Below are positions 9,478 to 20,000 of a DNA stretch of 20,000 bases, in pieces (position 1 is the first letter of the stretch; every line of letters begins with the position of its first letter). The stretch is from NCBI GenBank assembly GCA_013265495.1, contig MU058815.1, positions 991,979 through 1,011,978 on the forward strand, read 5' to 3'. The notes under the pieces are model-generated. The model made no database searches and had not been told where the DNA came from. It was given only the letters and a program-made list of their open reading frames with translations. The stretch comes from Vicugna vicugna (taxonomy: Eukaryota). The position numbers and the translations under genes were made by a program.

Positions 9478-9800
9478 GTCATAGACAAAGAAAACAAATT
9501 TATGGTTACAAGGGAAGGAGGTGGTGGGAAGGGATAAATTGGGAGTTCAAGATTTGCAGACACTCACTATGATACATAAAATGATAAACAACAAGGTTCT
9601 ACTGTACAGCACTATGTTCAGTATCTTTTAGTCACCAATAATGAAAAAGAACATGAAAACGAATATATGCATGTGTATGTATGACTGAAACATGCTGTAC
9701 ACCAGAAACTGACACAAGGTAAACTGACTACACTTCAATTAAAACAACTTAAAAAATAAAATTTAAAAAATTTAAATTAAAAATAAATTAAAATTTTAAA
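9478..9800 (+). mobile_element. 5'-truncated LINE-1 3' end (artiodactyl/camelid L1MA9-derived type) with A-rich tail
   Basis: atagacaaagaaaacaaatttatggttac...gggataaattgggagttcaagatttgcaga...gctgtacaccagaaactgacaca...aactgactacacttcaattaaaa. Candidate TSD aagagcttcctct (9465-9477) versus aagagatcccttt (9801-9813). Confidence 0.88.
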
Positions 9801-10101
9801 AAGAGATCCCTTTAATTAAAAAAAAAAAAAAAGTAGGGCACCTCATATGATCGCCAGGTCAGTAAGGACCATTTAGCTGTAACCTGGGTTCATTCCTTGG
9901 TGTTTCCCCAAGAACAAACTGCATTTTTTAAATTTTTAATTAAATATCGTTTTGCGAGACATTTGTTGCTTCCTGGATTGGCCTGTGCGTTTGTCTTCAG
10001 CACGTCGCTTTCCTTATGACTTTTGAGTTTAATACAAATCCTTGGTATTTAATATTATTTGGAAGTCTTTGCTGAAATATTTTAACTCCTGTTCTTCATC
10101 C

Positions 10102-10126
10102 TGTGTGTGTGTGTGTGTGTGTGTGT
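10102..10126. repeat. (TG)n microsatellite
   Basis: About 12 perfect TG units. Confidence 0.95.
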
Positions 10127-11119
10127 TTGTACATGTTTCATCATCTACTTGATGTTCTGTCTCAGTTATAATTATGGAATCTTAGAAGTTTTATCTTTTC
10201 ACACAGAACAAGAATATACCAATTTCAGGAGTTCTATACGAGAGTTGGGCAACTATAAACTTCTCTAAAAAACAATCACCTAAAAGGCAGTATGATACCA
10301 TAATCTGCATTAATGTTTTTCATTTGCAATGAAGTATGAAGACACATATGGTTATTAAGTATTCTTTGATAAGAAAAATGTATACATCCATATCAACTGC
10401 CAAATTATTAGCCAAATTTTTCATGAAACCTTACATACACACACCCCTTAAAGCTCTTAAAACTTTCCAAGATTAAGTTAGGGAGTTTAGCTGATATTTA
10501 ATTTAGAGAATGAATGTCTAATTTTTAGCTTCTTGTGTGTGAACAACTCTTGTTGCATTTGTGGGTGCATCAGAGCCACAGGGATGGATCATTAAACCTC
10601 ATCCACAGTGACCTGTATAGATAGGAGCAACAGAATAATTGCCTGGACAGTGAACTGATGAGTGGGACCAAAATGTTACATCTGCATTGGTTTCATTTTC
10701 CCATTCTGCAACGCCCTTTGCTCCTCTTTCATTTTAATTTTGTTGGCGATAAAGTAGGCTGTGGACAGTAAAATCGAAGATTTTGGTTTCCAAATCTGTG
10801 TGCACAGAAGAACCTCTAGAGAAGCTTAACAAAAATACAGCCTTTCCCAGAATCTGCCTGCAGAAAACAGAGCTGCCCCTCAGGCGACAAGTATGTGGGG
10901 ACCTGGAAATGCTCTATCCTGCTGGACAGTGTCCGCTAGTGACAGTAAAGCAATGCGAGCCCACTGGCCCAGTGAAATTAATTTGTAAATTCACACTCCA
11001 AATCACATTTTTAAAAGTTTGGATTGCCGAGGATATTACAGCCACCCAGCAGGCTGTAAGAAGAGACATTACACTCATTTTTACAGCTAACTAAAAGACC
11101 AACAGACAACCCAGTTTAC

Positions 11120-11400
11120 ATATTCACACCTGGAATCCTGGGCTTCCCTTTCAAACGTGCTCCCTCCCCCAGAGTCTCCATTTCCCTAAATAACACCTGC
11201 GCCTTCCTTCCAGGGCTCAGATCCAAACCCGGGAGCCCTGCCGGATGCCTCTCTTTCCCTCCACCCATGTCCAGTCCCCTGGTTCTAACTCAGCCATTCT
11301 CCCCTCCTCCTCTGCTCCCACCCTCCTCCACACCACCACGGTCTTGGCTCAGTTCCTGGAGCAAGTCCTAAGCAGTCCCCTTGCTTCCTCTTGGTGCACC
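11120..11400 (+). mobile_element. LINE-2 fragment
   Basis: Pyrimidine-rich L2-like motifs such as tgctccctcccccagagtctccatttcc and ctcagatccaaacccgggagcc...tgcctctctttccctc. Highly diverged. Confidence 0.55.
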
Positions 11401-11657
11401 ATGATGGTTACTGGTCCAAACTGCACTGCTGGTGTGACTCCCAGACCAGCCCCTTTCCAGCTACGTGACTTGAGGAAGAGCCATGCTCTGATCCGTCCGC
11501 CCCGTCTGTCCAACACACCAGGCTCCCTGTGGCTCAGACCTTTTCACCGCCTACTTCCCCCATTTGAAGGCTCCACTTCAGCTTTTCTCAGCGCTGCTTC
11601 TTTGATGTGTGGTTGGCTTACATGTAACTTTCAAAATGAGTTCTTTCCTGATCCCTT

Positions 11658-12265
11658 CGTTAGAACAGGCAGGCAGCTAGATGTGAGCAGAGCAAGGGGG
11701 ACATGGGCAAAATGGCAGGAAACCATATGTCATGTGAACAACAAGTGTCCTTGGGCAGAGAGAAAAAAGCAGGATCCTCCAGACTGGTAACAGACCACAC
11801 ATTTTGGGATGACACGTGTCCTGGAGGCAGGCAAAGGAAGGTGGGGAAAGGCAGGAATCTCCAGTGTTCAAATGTAACCTTTTGCTCAAGATGCCCTCAT
11901 TACAATACAATTAGCCTTGCAGATTAGAAGCCCCCATCATGTACCAACGCCATGACACTTCTGATCCAGACTAAATAAGGACAAAAATCCTTCCTCCCCC
12001 GAGGAAGGTGGAGCTGGGATGGGAATCAGGGAATAAGAACCCAAATCCTTCCCCCTCCAATGAATATTCTGCCCGTTCATTTTGACACCCTATGTAACCA
12101 ATTTGCCGAAGAAACTCAGGGCAGCTGCTCACCTGAGCCTGCCCACTCTCCCCCTTGAGAGCATCCTATCCATCCCTTAATAAATCTCCACTTTACTTTC
12201 TTGACCACTGTGTCTTGTCTCTGAATTCTTTCTGCGACATGACAAGAGCCTAATCACCAGCTACA
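11658..12265 (+). mobile_element. ERV1-like solo LTR
   Basis: Starts cgttaga (TG mutated) and ends gctaca. AATAAA at 12179-12184 is followed by typical ERV1 U5 tgtcttgtctctgaattctttctgcgacatgacaagagc. Near-TSD cctt/cctc. Confidence 0.8.
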
Positions 12266-12379
12266 CCTCTGTTAAAAATTGTCAAATTGCAACGTACCCT
12301 TCCCGGTCTGTGCCAACAAACCCCTCCGCCCTCAACCTGCTGCACATTTGACTTGCCGCGGTCCAGGGTCTGGTTCCCC

Positions 12380-12480
12380 ACCCCAGAAATCACCCTACAC
12401 CAGGGGAGGCAGCTTTCAGCTCCAGTCCCTGCTCTGATCACAGCGTGCCTGGCACAGGGTAGGAGCTGAGTACACCTGTG
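12380..12480 (+). mobile_element. LINE-2 3' end fragment
   Basis: cacagcgtgcctggcacagggtaggagctgagta resembles the L2 3' consensus acagtgcctggcacatagtaggcgctcaata. Confidence 0.6.
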
Positions 12481-12728
12481 TTCCGTGCTGTCAGAGGCTC
12501 TTTTTGTTTTCTTTTTCGTAACTCTTCCGTTTTGTGTCTTTACTTGGACATCTCTCTGGGTCACCCTGGGGAAGGAAATGATTCGCGTCCTCAGCAGACA
12601 CTTTTCTAGGCCATCATCATGCATGTAAATTGACCAGAAGAGTTAATCAGTAGATTTCTGCCCTTTCCCTCCCATATTGAGAGGCACCTTCTCGTCTCTA
12701 GAGTAAGAAAACTTTCTTGTACATCATC

Positions 12729-12745
12729 ATATATATATATATATA
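12729..12745. repeat. (AT)n microsatellite
   Basis: atatatatatatatata. Confidence 0.9.
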
Positions 12746-14669
12746 CACAAAATCAAAGCTGAGCATTAACTGTCTCTTTGCATTTGGATGATACTTGCTG
12801 ATAACTACTTTCTCTCTGGCAGTGGGTAACCAAGGTTCACTCTGAAAAGGTAAGAGCAATTGCAGGGAAATCAGAACACATCAGCTATCGTATCAGGTGA
12901 GCAGGAAAACAAAATACCTCTGAGACAGTTATATGTTCCAAAGGGCTTTATAAATCTGCACCGCTAAAGCCTCATGGGCCACGTGTTCACTGTGCTGATT
13001 GAAATATTTTTCTTTTATTACAACCACCACCTGCAGAAGATCAGACCATCGGCTCTCAGCTTTTCCTCTTGGCAGCAAGTATCTTTCTTTACAAACTTGA
13101 CCTCAGCCGTAACCAAATCTGCCAACAGTCAATTATCAACAAAACAGCTTCAGTCATTGAAATCTTACTCATCTTCGGAACACGCCACTTGGGGTCATTT
13201 CCACCTTTCTACGAATCTTGGAATTTTTCAGTGTATGTGGAATTCTGCTCATTGGATTAACCCAAAATAATATACATGACAATCTTCAACATGCCCTAGA
13301 CGTCTGTGATAATTAAGCACCTAATTGATAAAAGGGAAATGTGTTGTTGGGAAGCCAGCATCTTCCGTTAGCTTTCTTTGCCCCTGGCGTTCACTCGCGC
13401 TGTGGCAATGAAAGAGATGAAAGCAGAAACTGAACAACTTGAAGACCTGCTATAGACCACTGGAGTCCAGTGAACCTAGAAAGATCCCCTTGGTTGCTTC
13501 CTCACATCTTTTATGATCACACGTCTTTCAGTAAAAGCAACCTGAGGCATTAAGCCTGTCATCACACTGCAATATTTCAGTCCATATTAATAATAAAATG
13601 CTTACCCCCCAAAGACCCAAACTGCCACACTCACAGCCACTGCAGTGCCCTGCAAGTTCCTGAACTTTCTGTACCAACCTCAGGGGTAGTTTTTGGACTA
13701 GAAGATTTGTTTGACTGAATTCAGATCAAATCATAGGATTAATTACCGCCAGAATGCCCAGATTTTGTTTCACGTATGAAATCGCAGTAGGTATAAAAAC
13801 CATGTGAGGATGATAAACTACTTGCAAAGCCTCCTTACGGAAAACGCAGCCCTGTCAGGGTGACGCGAAGCCGTAACAGAGACATCAAATTACAACTCAC
13901 TTATAGTCATCTGAACACCATCTACAGCTGACTTTTTTCTGATCGTTGCCTCAGAATTTTCAGAGTCAAATTCTGTGGTTGTTGAAGTACCTGGTAGGTC
14001 TACACTGCTCCAGCAGGACACAAAGTTTTCGAAAGGAAGTCTGTCGGTGGAACGTTATGTGAGCCTGGGGGAGAAGTTATGGGTACAGAGACACAGATTG
14101 AGGTACACAAGAGGTACGAAGAACTTGCGTCAGTTCCATCAGGGCAGCTGTCACTCACTACAGTGGACATTTTGGTCCTTTGCACTCCTCTGCTTGTGAA
14201 TTAAAAAGTTTCGAAGAATTAAAGGCGTCATAAACCATGTCATACACAAGTCCTTTAACATAATAATTATAACTGGGTTTCTAAGGAAAATGAAATATTA
14301 CTTATACCATGGGCACATGAACATACTATCACATGATGTGTGCACACTTTAGAAACATTCATTATCTCCTGGGTAAACTCGTGTGATTAAAGAGTCAAAG
14401 GAACACAGACAGATGTCAGAAATTTATAAGTGAATATTCTCCTAAGTCTTTGGCATTTATTGACACGAACCAAGAAATCTTTTTTTGGTTGTTTGTGACT
14501 AATAAGCGAAGATGTATTGTAATTCTGCACAAAGAAGGAACATTTCCCGCAAATAGTGACGAAACGTTTCGTGCCCACTTCTTATCTATTTAGGACATTA
14601 CTTTTAATGCTTCCGAGCAGTCTGATTACAATTACAGTCCCAACGCACATCTAAATAAAGCTGCCACTA

Positions 14670-14957
<288 letters not shown>

Positions 14958-15364
14958 TCATTCTGCCTGGCTCTCGGGGACCTTTTCTCGAGAGGAGGGC
15001 CCCCTGCTCCAGTCGGGTGACATGAAGGTTCTGAAGCACAGAGTGAGAGATCTTAGGAGGGATCGCTGCGGGACGTGTGGATCTGAACCTCTTTTCAAAC
15101 CCGTGCTAACTGGATTTCCTCAAGCCTCGTTCTTTCTTGCTTCATAATATCTAAGCATCTAAAGTGCATTGGCTTAATCTCCCTGAATGATCTGTTATTA
15201 TCTCATAGTCAAGTTATTTTTTTTAATTACTCAGTAATTATACTCTTTGTTTACTTAAAACAATTTACATGTGAAATACATTTTTTTCCAATGAGATGAA
15301 TTTCACAAATCAGCAACTCCTCTTCATTCAGCTTTTAAAGTTTGTTTTTAAAGGCAATGTCTTT

Positions 15365-15497
15365 GGGGGTTACAGCTCCGTGGTAGAGCGCATGTTTAGC
15401 ATGCATGAGGTCCTGGATTCAACTCCTAGCACCTCCATTAAATAACAAATAAATAAATAGACCTAATTACCTCCCCCCTCAAAAAAAAAAAGCCATA
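15365..15497 (+). mobile_element. tRNA-Ala-derived SINE (camelid Vic-1 type, longer form)
   Basis: tRNA-Ala-like head, then aaataaataaatagacctaattacctccccc and an A tail. TSD-like aaaggcaatgtcttt on the left and aaaagcaacgtcctt on the right. Confidence 0.9.
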
Positions 15498-17454
15498 AAA
15501 AAGCAACGTCCTTAAATGCTTTGCAAATGATTTTTTCAAGGAAACTGAAATTTCAAAGTATATATAAATCTATAAAACATATATATGAAATGTCCGTTCA
15601 TAGTTTCAGTTTATCCTAATACATAATTGAATTTTTTACATGTACTATAAATGTTTTGCTATGTATAAGGCAAGTGATTAACAACTGCAGATGACGGGCT
15701 GAATTAAAATTCAGAATACATGTAAATGCATGATCACTCGGTGAGTGATCAACCGAGTAACATCTCCCAGGTGCATCACTCGTTGCCTTGGCAGGAAAAA
15801 CCCTTTGAAAACCTCAAAAGCCGCTAATGGCCACTGGGACAGATGTACAACACTGATTCTGGGACAATGTTGGATCTGATCTCTAAGGATCAGACTTGGC
15901 TTCCACGCGGACGGCCTCAGGTAGGGGTCAGGTCGTGATCCTAGTCGGGTACAGCTCTCTGCCATTCTACAATGACTGGATCACCTACATTTCTAACTTT
16001 CAAATAATTCAGAAAAATGCAGAGAAGATTCAAGGGATTGTTTTTCTCTCGTCTGCCAGCACAAGAAGATTAAGGGGATGTTTTTGTGTCCAGAGATTTT
16101 GCAAAGGAAAATGTCCAAGTGTCCAATGTGTCAAATTAGGTTGCCCCCAATCAGCGGCACGGCCACTCCAATCTACACTAATGGACACACGGACAATACG
16201 GATTATTTTTCCACCATGCCTGCATTTTGGTCACTCATGTTTACATTTCTATAGATACAGAAACATGCTCATAACTGCCTAGGAAAGTGTCCAGAGGGAC
16301 ACACATAAGTGGATAACAGTGGTTGTGTCTGGGTTGGGGCTGAAGTTGCCTGGGAAACAAGGTTAGAGGAAGAATGACCAGGAGAAAGCTTGCTTTAAAA
16401 TGCGACTGTACATAGGTATTAATTTTGTCCTTAGACCCAAAAGCAATGGCTTTGTGATCACTTACTGCTGATTTGGCAATATGTCACCTTCAATGGCTTA
16501 ACAGTTAGAGAACTCCAGTAAAGTCAATTCAATTATGGCACCAAATCATGGACCACAAGCGAAAGACCCTGAGTACATAGGACAGATATATACATCTGTT
16601 AGTTTTTAAATCAGAGTTGTTTGGAATGATGTTTAGATCCCAGTTACTGAAAACACTCGCGCATCATTCCTTAATCATTAACATTCAGTGGGTCTCAGCT
16701 TCATACAAGACACCTTGCAAAGTATGATGGAGGACACACTAAAGAAGAGATCAACGCACTCCTGGCTGTGACTTGGTGAAGTCACACAGCCTCGGGGTTC
16801 ACGGGTGCCCAGCTCCCTTCAAATGAAAACCTGCACTGGCAAACTCTTAGCTGGCACTGTGACAGCAAGTAGAGACGGAGGTGGGCCTACTCTGGGTGAC
16901 CTTGGGGGTGTCCAGGGCACGAGTCACCCTCCTCTGTCTTCCAAGAGGCTTTGGGGTCCTCTGTGGAACCCGCAGGGCTGGGAACCCAGGCCTGTCATCC
17001 CCGCACCAATGCCTGCTTCCCAATTCAGTTCCCACAAGGACGAATTTATGTCACTCCGTGGTCTGCCTTCCTCCCATACTTCGTGTAGAAATAAAATTAA
17101 GCAATTCACAGGGAAGAGTTCTTAAAAGTGCAGTGTATCCTCCCCGTAGGAGGGCTGAACGCAGTGAGGACAGTGAATTTTCGTACCATGCGCGCTCTCT
17201 GAAGCCTCAGGAAGAGGGGTTCTACGAGAACCCCTTCACAAGGACCAGCAGTGACACAGAAATAAGGGAAAACTGAAAGAAAAACATAAACATGGGCCAA
17301 TAATTAGAAAGCCAAGGGGATTTCAGGGGCTCTAGTCATTAGCTTCTAGGAGCTAAAGGATTAACAGCCTATAAAGTTTTGTTAGCTTTGCTGACGCTGA
17401 AGGACTGGAGACCGGTGTTCCAGACCGAAGAAACACTGCTGAGAGGTAGCCGAG

Positions 17455-17625
17455 AGCCCTGCTTTGTTGCTGTGTGACCTCAGGTAAACAGCTTAGCCTC
17501 TCTCATTCCTCAAGTGTAAACTGTGAATAATAATACATTTACCACGTCGAGCTGTTTTGAGGATTAAAGGAGCTGAAATATGCAGAGAACGAGAAGAGAG
17601 CCGGGCACATGGTGAGTTCCCAGTA
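17455..17625 (+). mobile_element. MIR SINE
   Basis: gctgtgtgacctcaggtaaacagcttagcctctct...tcctcaagtgtaaactg...ataataatac...gctgttttgaggattaaa, matching the MIR core. Confidence 0.8.
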
Positions 17626-18023
17626 TCTTCACCACCGCCATCATCACAAAACACCAAGATTGCAAGGAATCTGAGCATTTAACCAGCTTCTCACTGACAT
17701 CTAGAAACCCGACCATGTTAGCTCCCATCCTGAGCCTCTGAGAATTTCCTTATTTCATTTTATAAATACTGAGAATCTGGTAACTCATCCTGTTTGCTTT
17801 GGCAGACAGGACTTGAGCACTAAAATTGGGTCTAACTCAAGGGACAGAACAAGACATAATACCATGCATTCTAGATTTTATTTTTATTTTTGACTACATT
17901 TTATTTTCCTATAACTGATTTTCCTTCGCCTACTATTTTTTCTGTATTATTTGGTATTACGCACTTCTATAAGCTATCTTATCATCACTAGGAAATAAAA
18001 CTGATTAAATAAACCAAAGACTA

Positions 18024-18308
<285 letters not shown>

Positions 18309-18584
18309 TCATGAGAAATGCGTACCTTAATATGAATATTCTGTCGTGAAAGACAGATGACAACAGTGACCCGACCAGAAAAATTTCAACATGAACAAAA
18401 ATTGGTGGGTCCTTCATCGAGATTTCCAAACGGAGTATCAACTGTAGACTAAGAAATCTGCTAGATGCTACCAATTGTCATGTATTTGTGACAGGTAAAT
18501 TTTGTACACATCTCATTACATCAGAAAGCGTGTTTGCTTTTTTCACAAATAAGGCAAGGTTAATTTCATACATGACCAGGGATA

Positions 18585-19048
18585 CAGATTGCCTGCAAGG
18601 GCCACAGGCAGCACATCTCCCATCCCGGCTTTCATAACCTTGCTCTGTGACCTACAGATTCTTCCGTCAAGAGGTACTGCTTATTTTTCCAGCGTGGACT
18701 TGGGTTGGAAACACGACCTGCTCGGATCAATGGGACATTAGCAAACTGATACAGCAGAGGCTAGAACAGTGCGTGGGCAGTGGGCTTGCTGCTGATTTTT
18801 GAATCCTGAAAGCACCACGACATGAAGAAACCTGGGCTGTTCATGCAGCAGCATCACCCCTGTAGCTTTAAACCACAGCACAAGTGAGTGAGGTGACTGT
18901 AAATTGTCCGGCTGCCAGCTGACCCCCAGGCAACCACGGACGACAAGAGAACCCAGCAGTGAACACAGAATTGCGAGATAAACAGTTGTTGTTTTCAGCC
19001 TGTAAGTTTTAAGGATAATTTATTGAGCAGCCAAAGCTAACTGATGTA
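18585..19048 (+). mobile_element. MaLR LTR (MLT1 family)
   Basis: MLT1-like motifs gacttgggttgg...gacctgctcggatcaatgggacattagcaaa, and 3' end ttgttgttttcagcctgtaagttttaaggataatttattgagcagccaaagctaactgatgta. Confidence 0.8.
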
Positions 19049-19429
19049 CGCACACCATATTATAGTATCTTGCCATTGATTTAGAACATTAGGAAAATAT
19101 TTAAAGAGAAGGAAGACAGGTAGGAAAAACAAGAAAATTTTTATCCGTGTAGCATCATGGTGTCAGGGGTTCTGAAAATCATCTTTAGGTCAGACCGACG
19201 ATGCCTTTAGAAATTAGATCTAGAGATCACCTGAGGACTGAAGCCTTAAATAATATTTTTTCCCCATATAATTGAGTAAACCATAAAACCACTCAGGTAA
19301 ACCAAATAACCACTTATGTACCATGGAGATTGTTATGTCTCACTTATTAAAATTAAAGGTGAGGCTTTGTTGAGAAGATTAAAACTTTTAATTGAAAGAA
19401 TATTATTTAATTTTTGATTATCAAAAAAT

Positions 19430-20000
19430 AAATGCTATCCTCAACAAAACATTAGCAAATTTAATCCAAAAATGTATAAAAATATATGTATAAAACACAA
19501 CTAAGTGTAATTTATTCCAGGTATGCAAGGCTGTTCCAAAATTTGAAAAATTGATTTGAAAATGAATGTAATCCATCACGTAAACAGGCTAAAGAAGAAA
19601 AACCATATGGTCACATCAGTAGATGCAGGAAAAGTATTTGACAAAATCTCATACCAATTCATGATTGAAAAAAAAAAAAAGAAACTCCTTGGTAAACTAG
19701 TTATAGAGAGGAACTTCTTAGAATTGACTGAAAAACAAAAAACAAAAAAACTTAAAACCCTATGGCAACATTATATACTTCATGGTGAGAAACCAGGTAC
19801 TTTCCCCTAAGTATGGGAACAAAGCAAGGGTTTGCTCTTACCCACTCTCATTCACACATCATACTGGAAGTCTTAGCTAATGCGATAAGACAAGAAAAGA
19901 AATAAAAGACATATCGGTTGGGAAGAAAGAAATAAAACCATATTTCATTCACAGACGACACAATTATCTATGTAGAAATTCCCAAATAATCAAAAAAAAA
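19430..20000 (+). mobile_element. Degenerate LINE-1 ORF2 (reverse transcriptase region) fragment, continuing beyond the window
   Basis: Translates to NVIHHVNRLKKKNHMVTSVDAGKVFDKI, matching L1 ORF2 NVI.HINR.K.KNHMIISIDAEKAFDKI. Also contains atactggaagtcttagctaatgcgataagacaagaaaa. Frameshifts and stops are present. Confidence 0.92.

Noticed and set aside
11245..11790. 181-aa plus-strand ORF
   Set aside because: It runs across L2 remnants and into the LTR, with no protein-family signal.
2867..12265. The two LTRs as the ends of one 9.4-kb provirus
   Set aside because: The LTR bodies are dissimilar, no primer-binding site follows the first, and the interior has no gag/pol/env but does contain ancient L2/L1M repeats.
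19556..19810. ORF with reverse-transcriptase similarity as a functional RT gene
   Set aside because: It is a decayed L1 ORF2 fragment with surrounding stops, frameshifts and A-run expansions.

Overview
This is mammalian genomic DNA, very probably camelid (alpaca/camel), judging from three tRNA-Ala-derived Vic-1-type SINEs. The window is the interior of a contactin-associated protein-like gene on the minus strand, best matching CNTNAP3 (CNTNAP4 is the alternative). Three internal coding exons (18270-18164, 14875-14756, 1975-1778; 107/120/198 bp) have AG/GT ends and splice in frame to give the first EGF-like domain and the start of the fibrinogen-like domain. The introns hold two ERV1-like solo LTRs, an MLT1 LTR, L1, L2 and MIR fragments, and microsatellites. 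The most notable element is a 5'-truncated processed retrocopy of the oocyte-specific linker histone H1FOO/H1-8 (about 5940-6345, minus strand), in sense with the host gene. It keeps its AATAAA and poly(A) tail, has gained an in-frame ATG from flanking DNA, and lies next to a CpG-rich patch. All family assignments come from recalled sequences, not a database search. I see no support for a wholly new biological system, and the regulatory ideas below are hypotheses.
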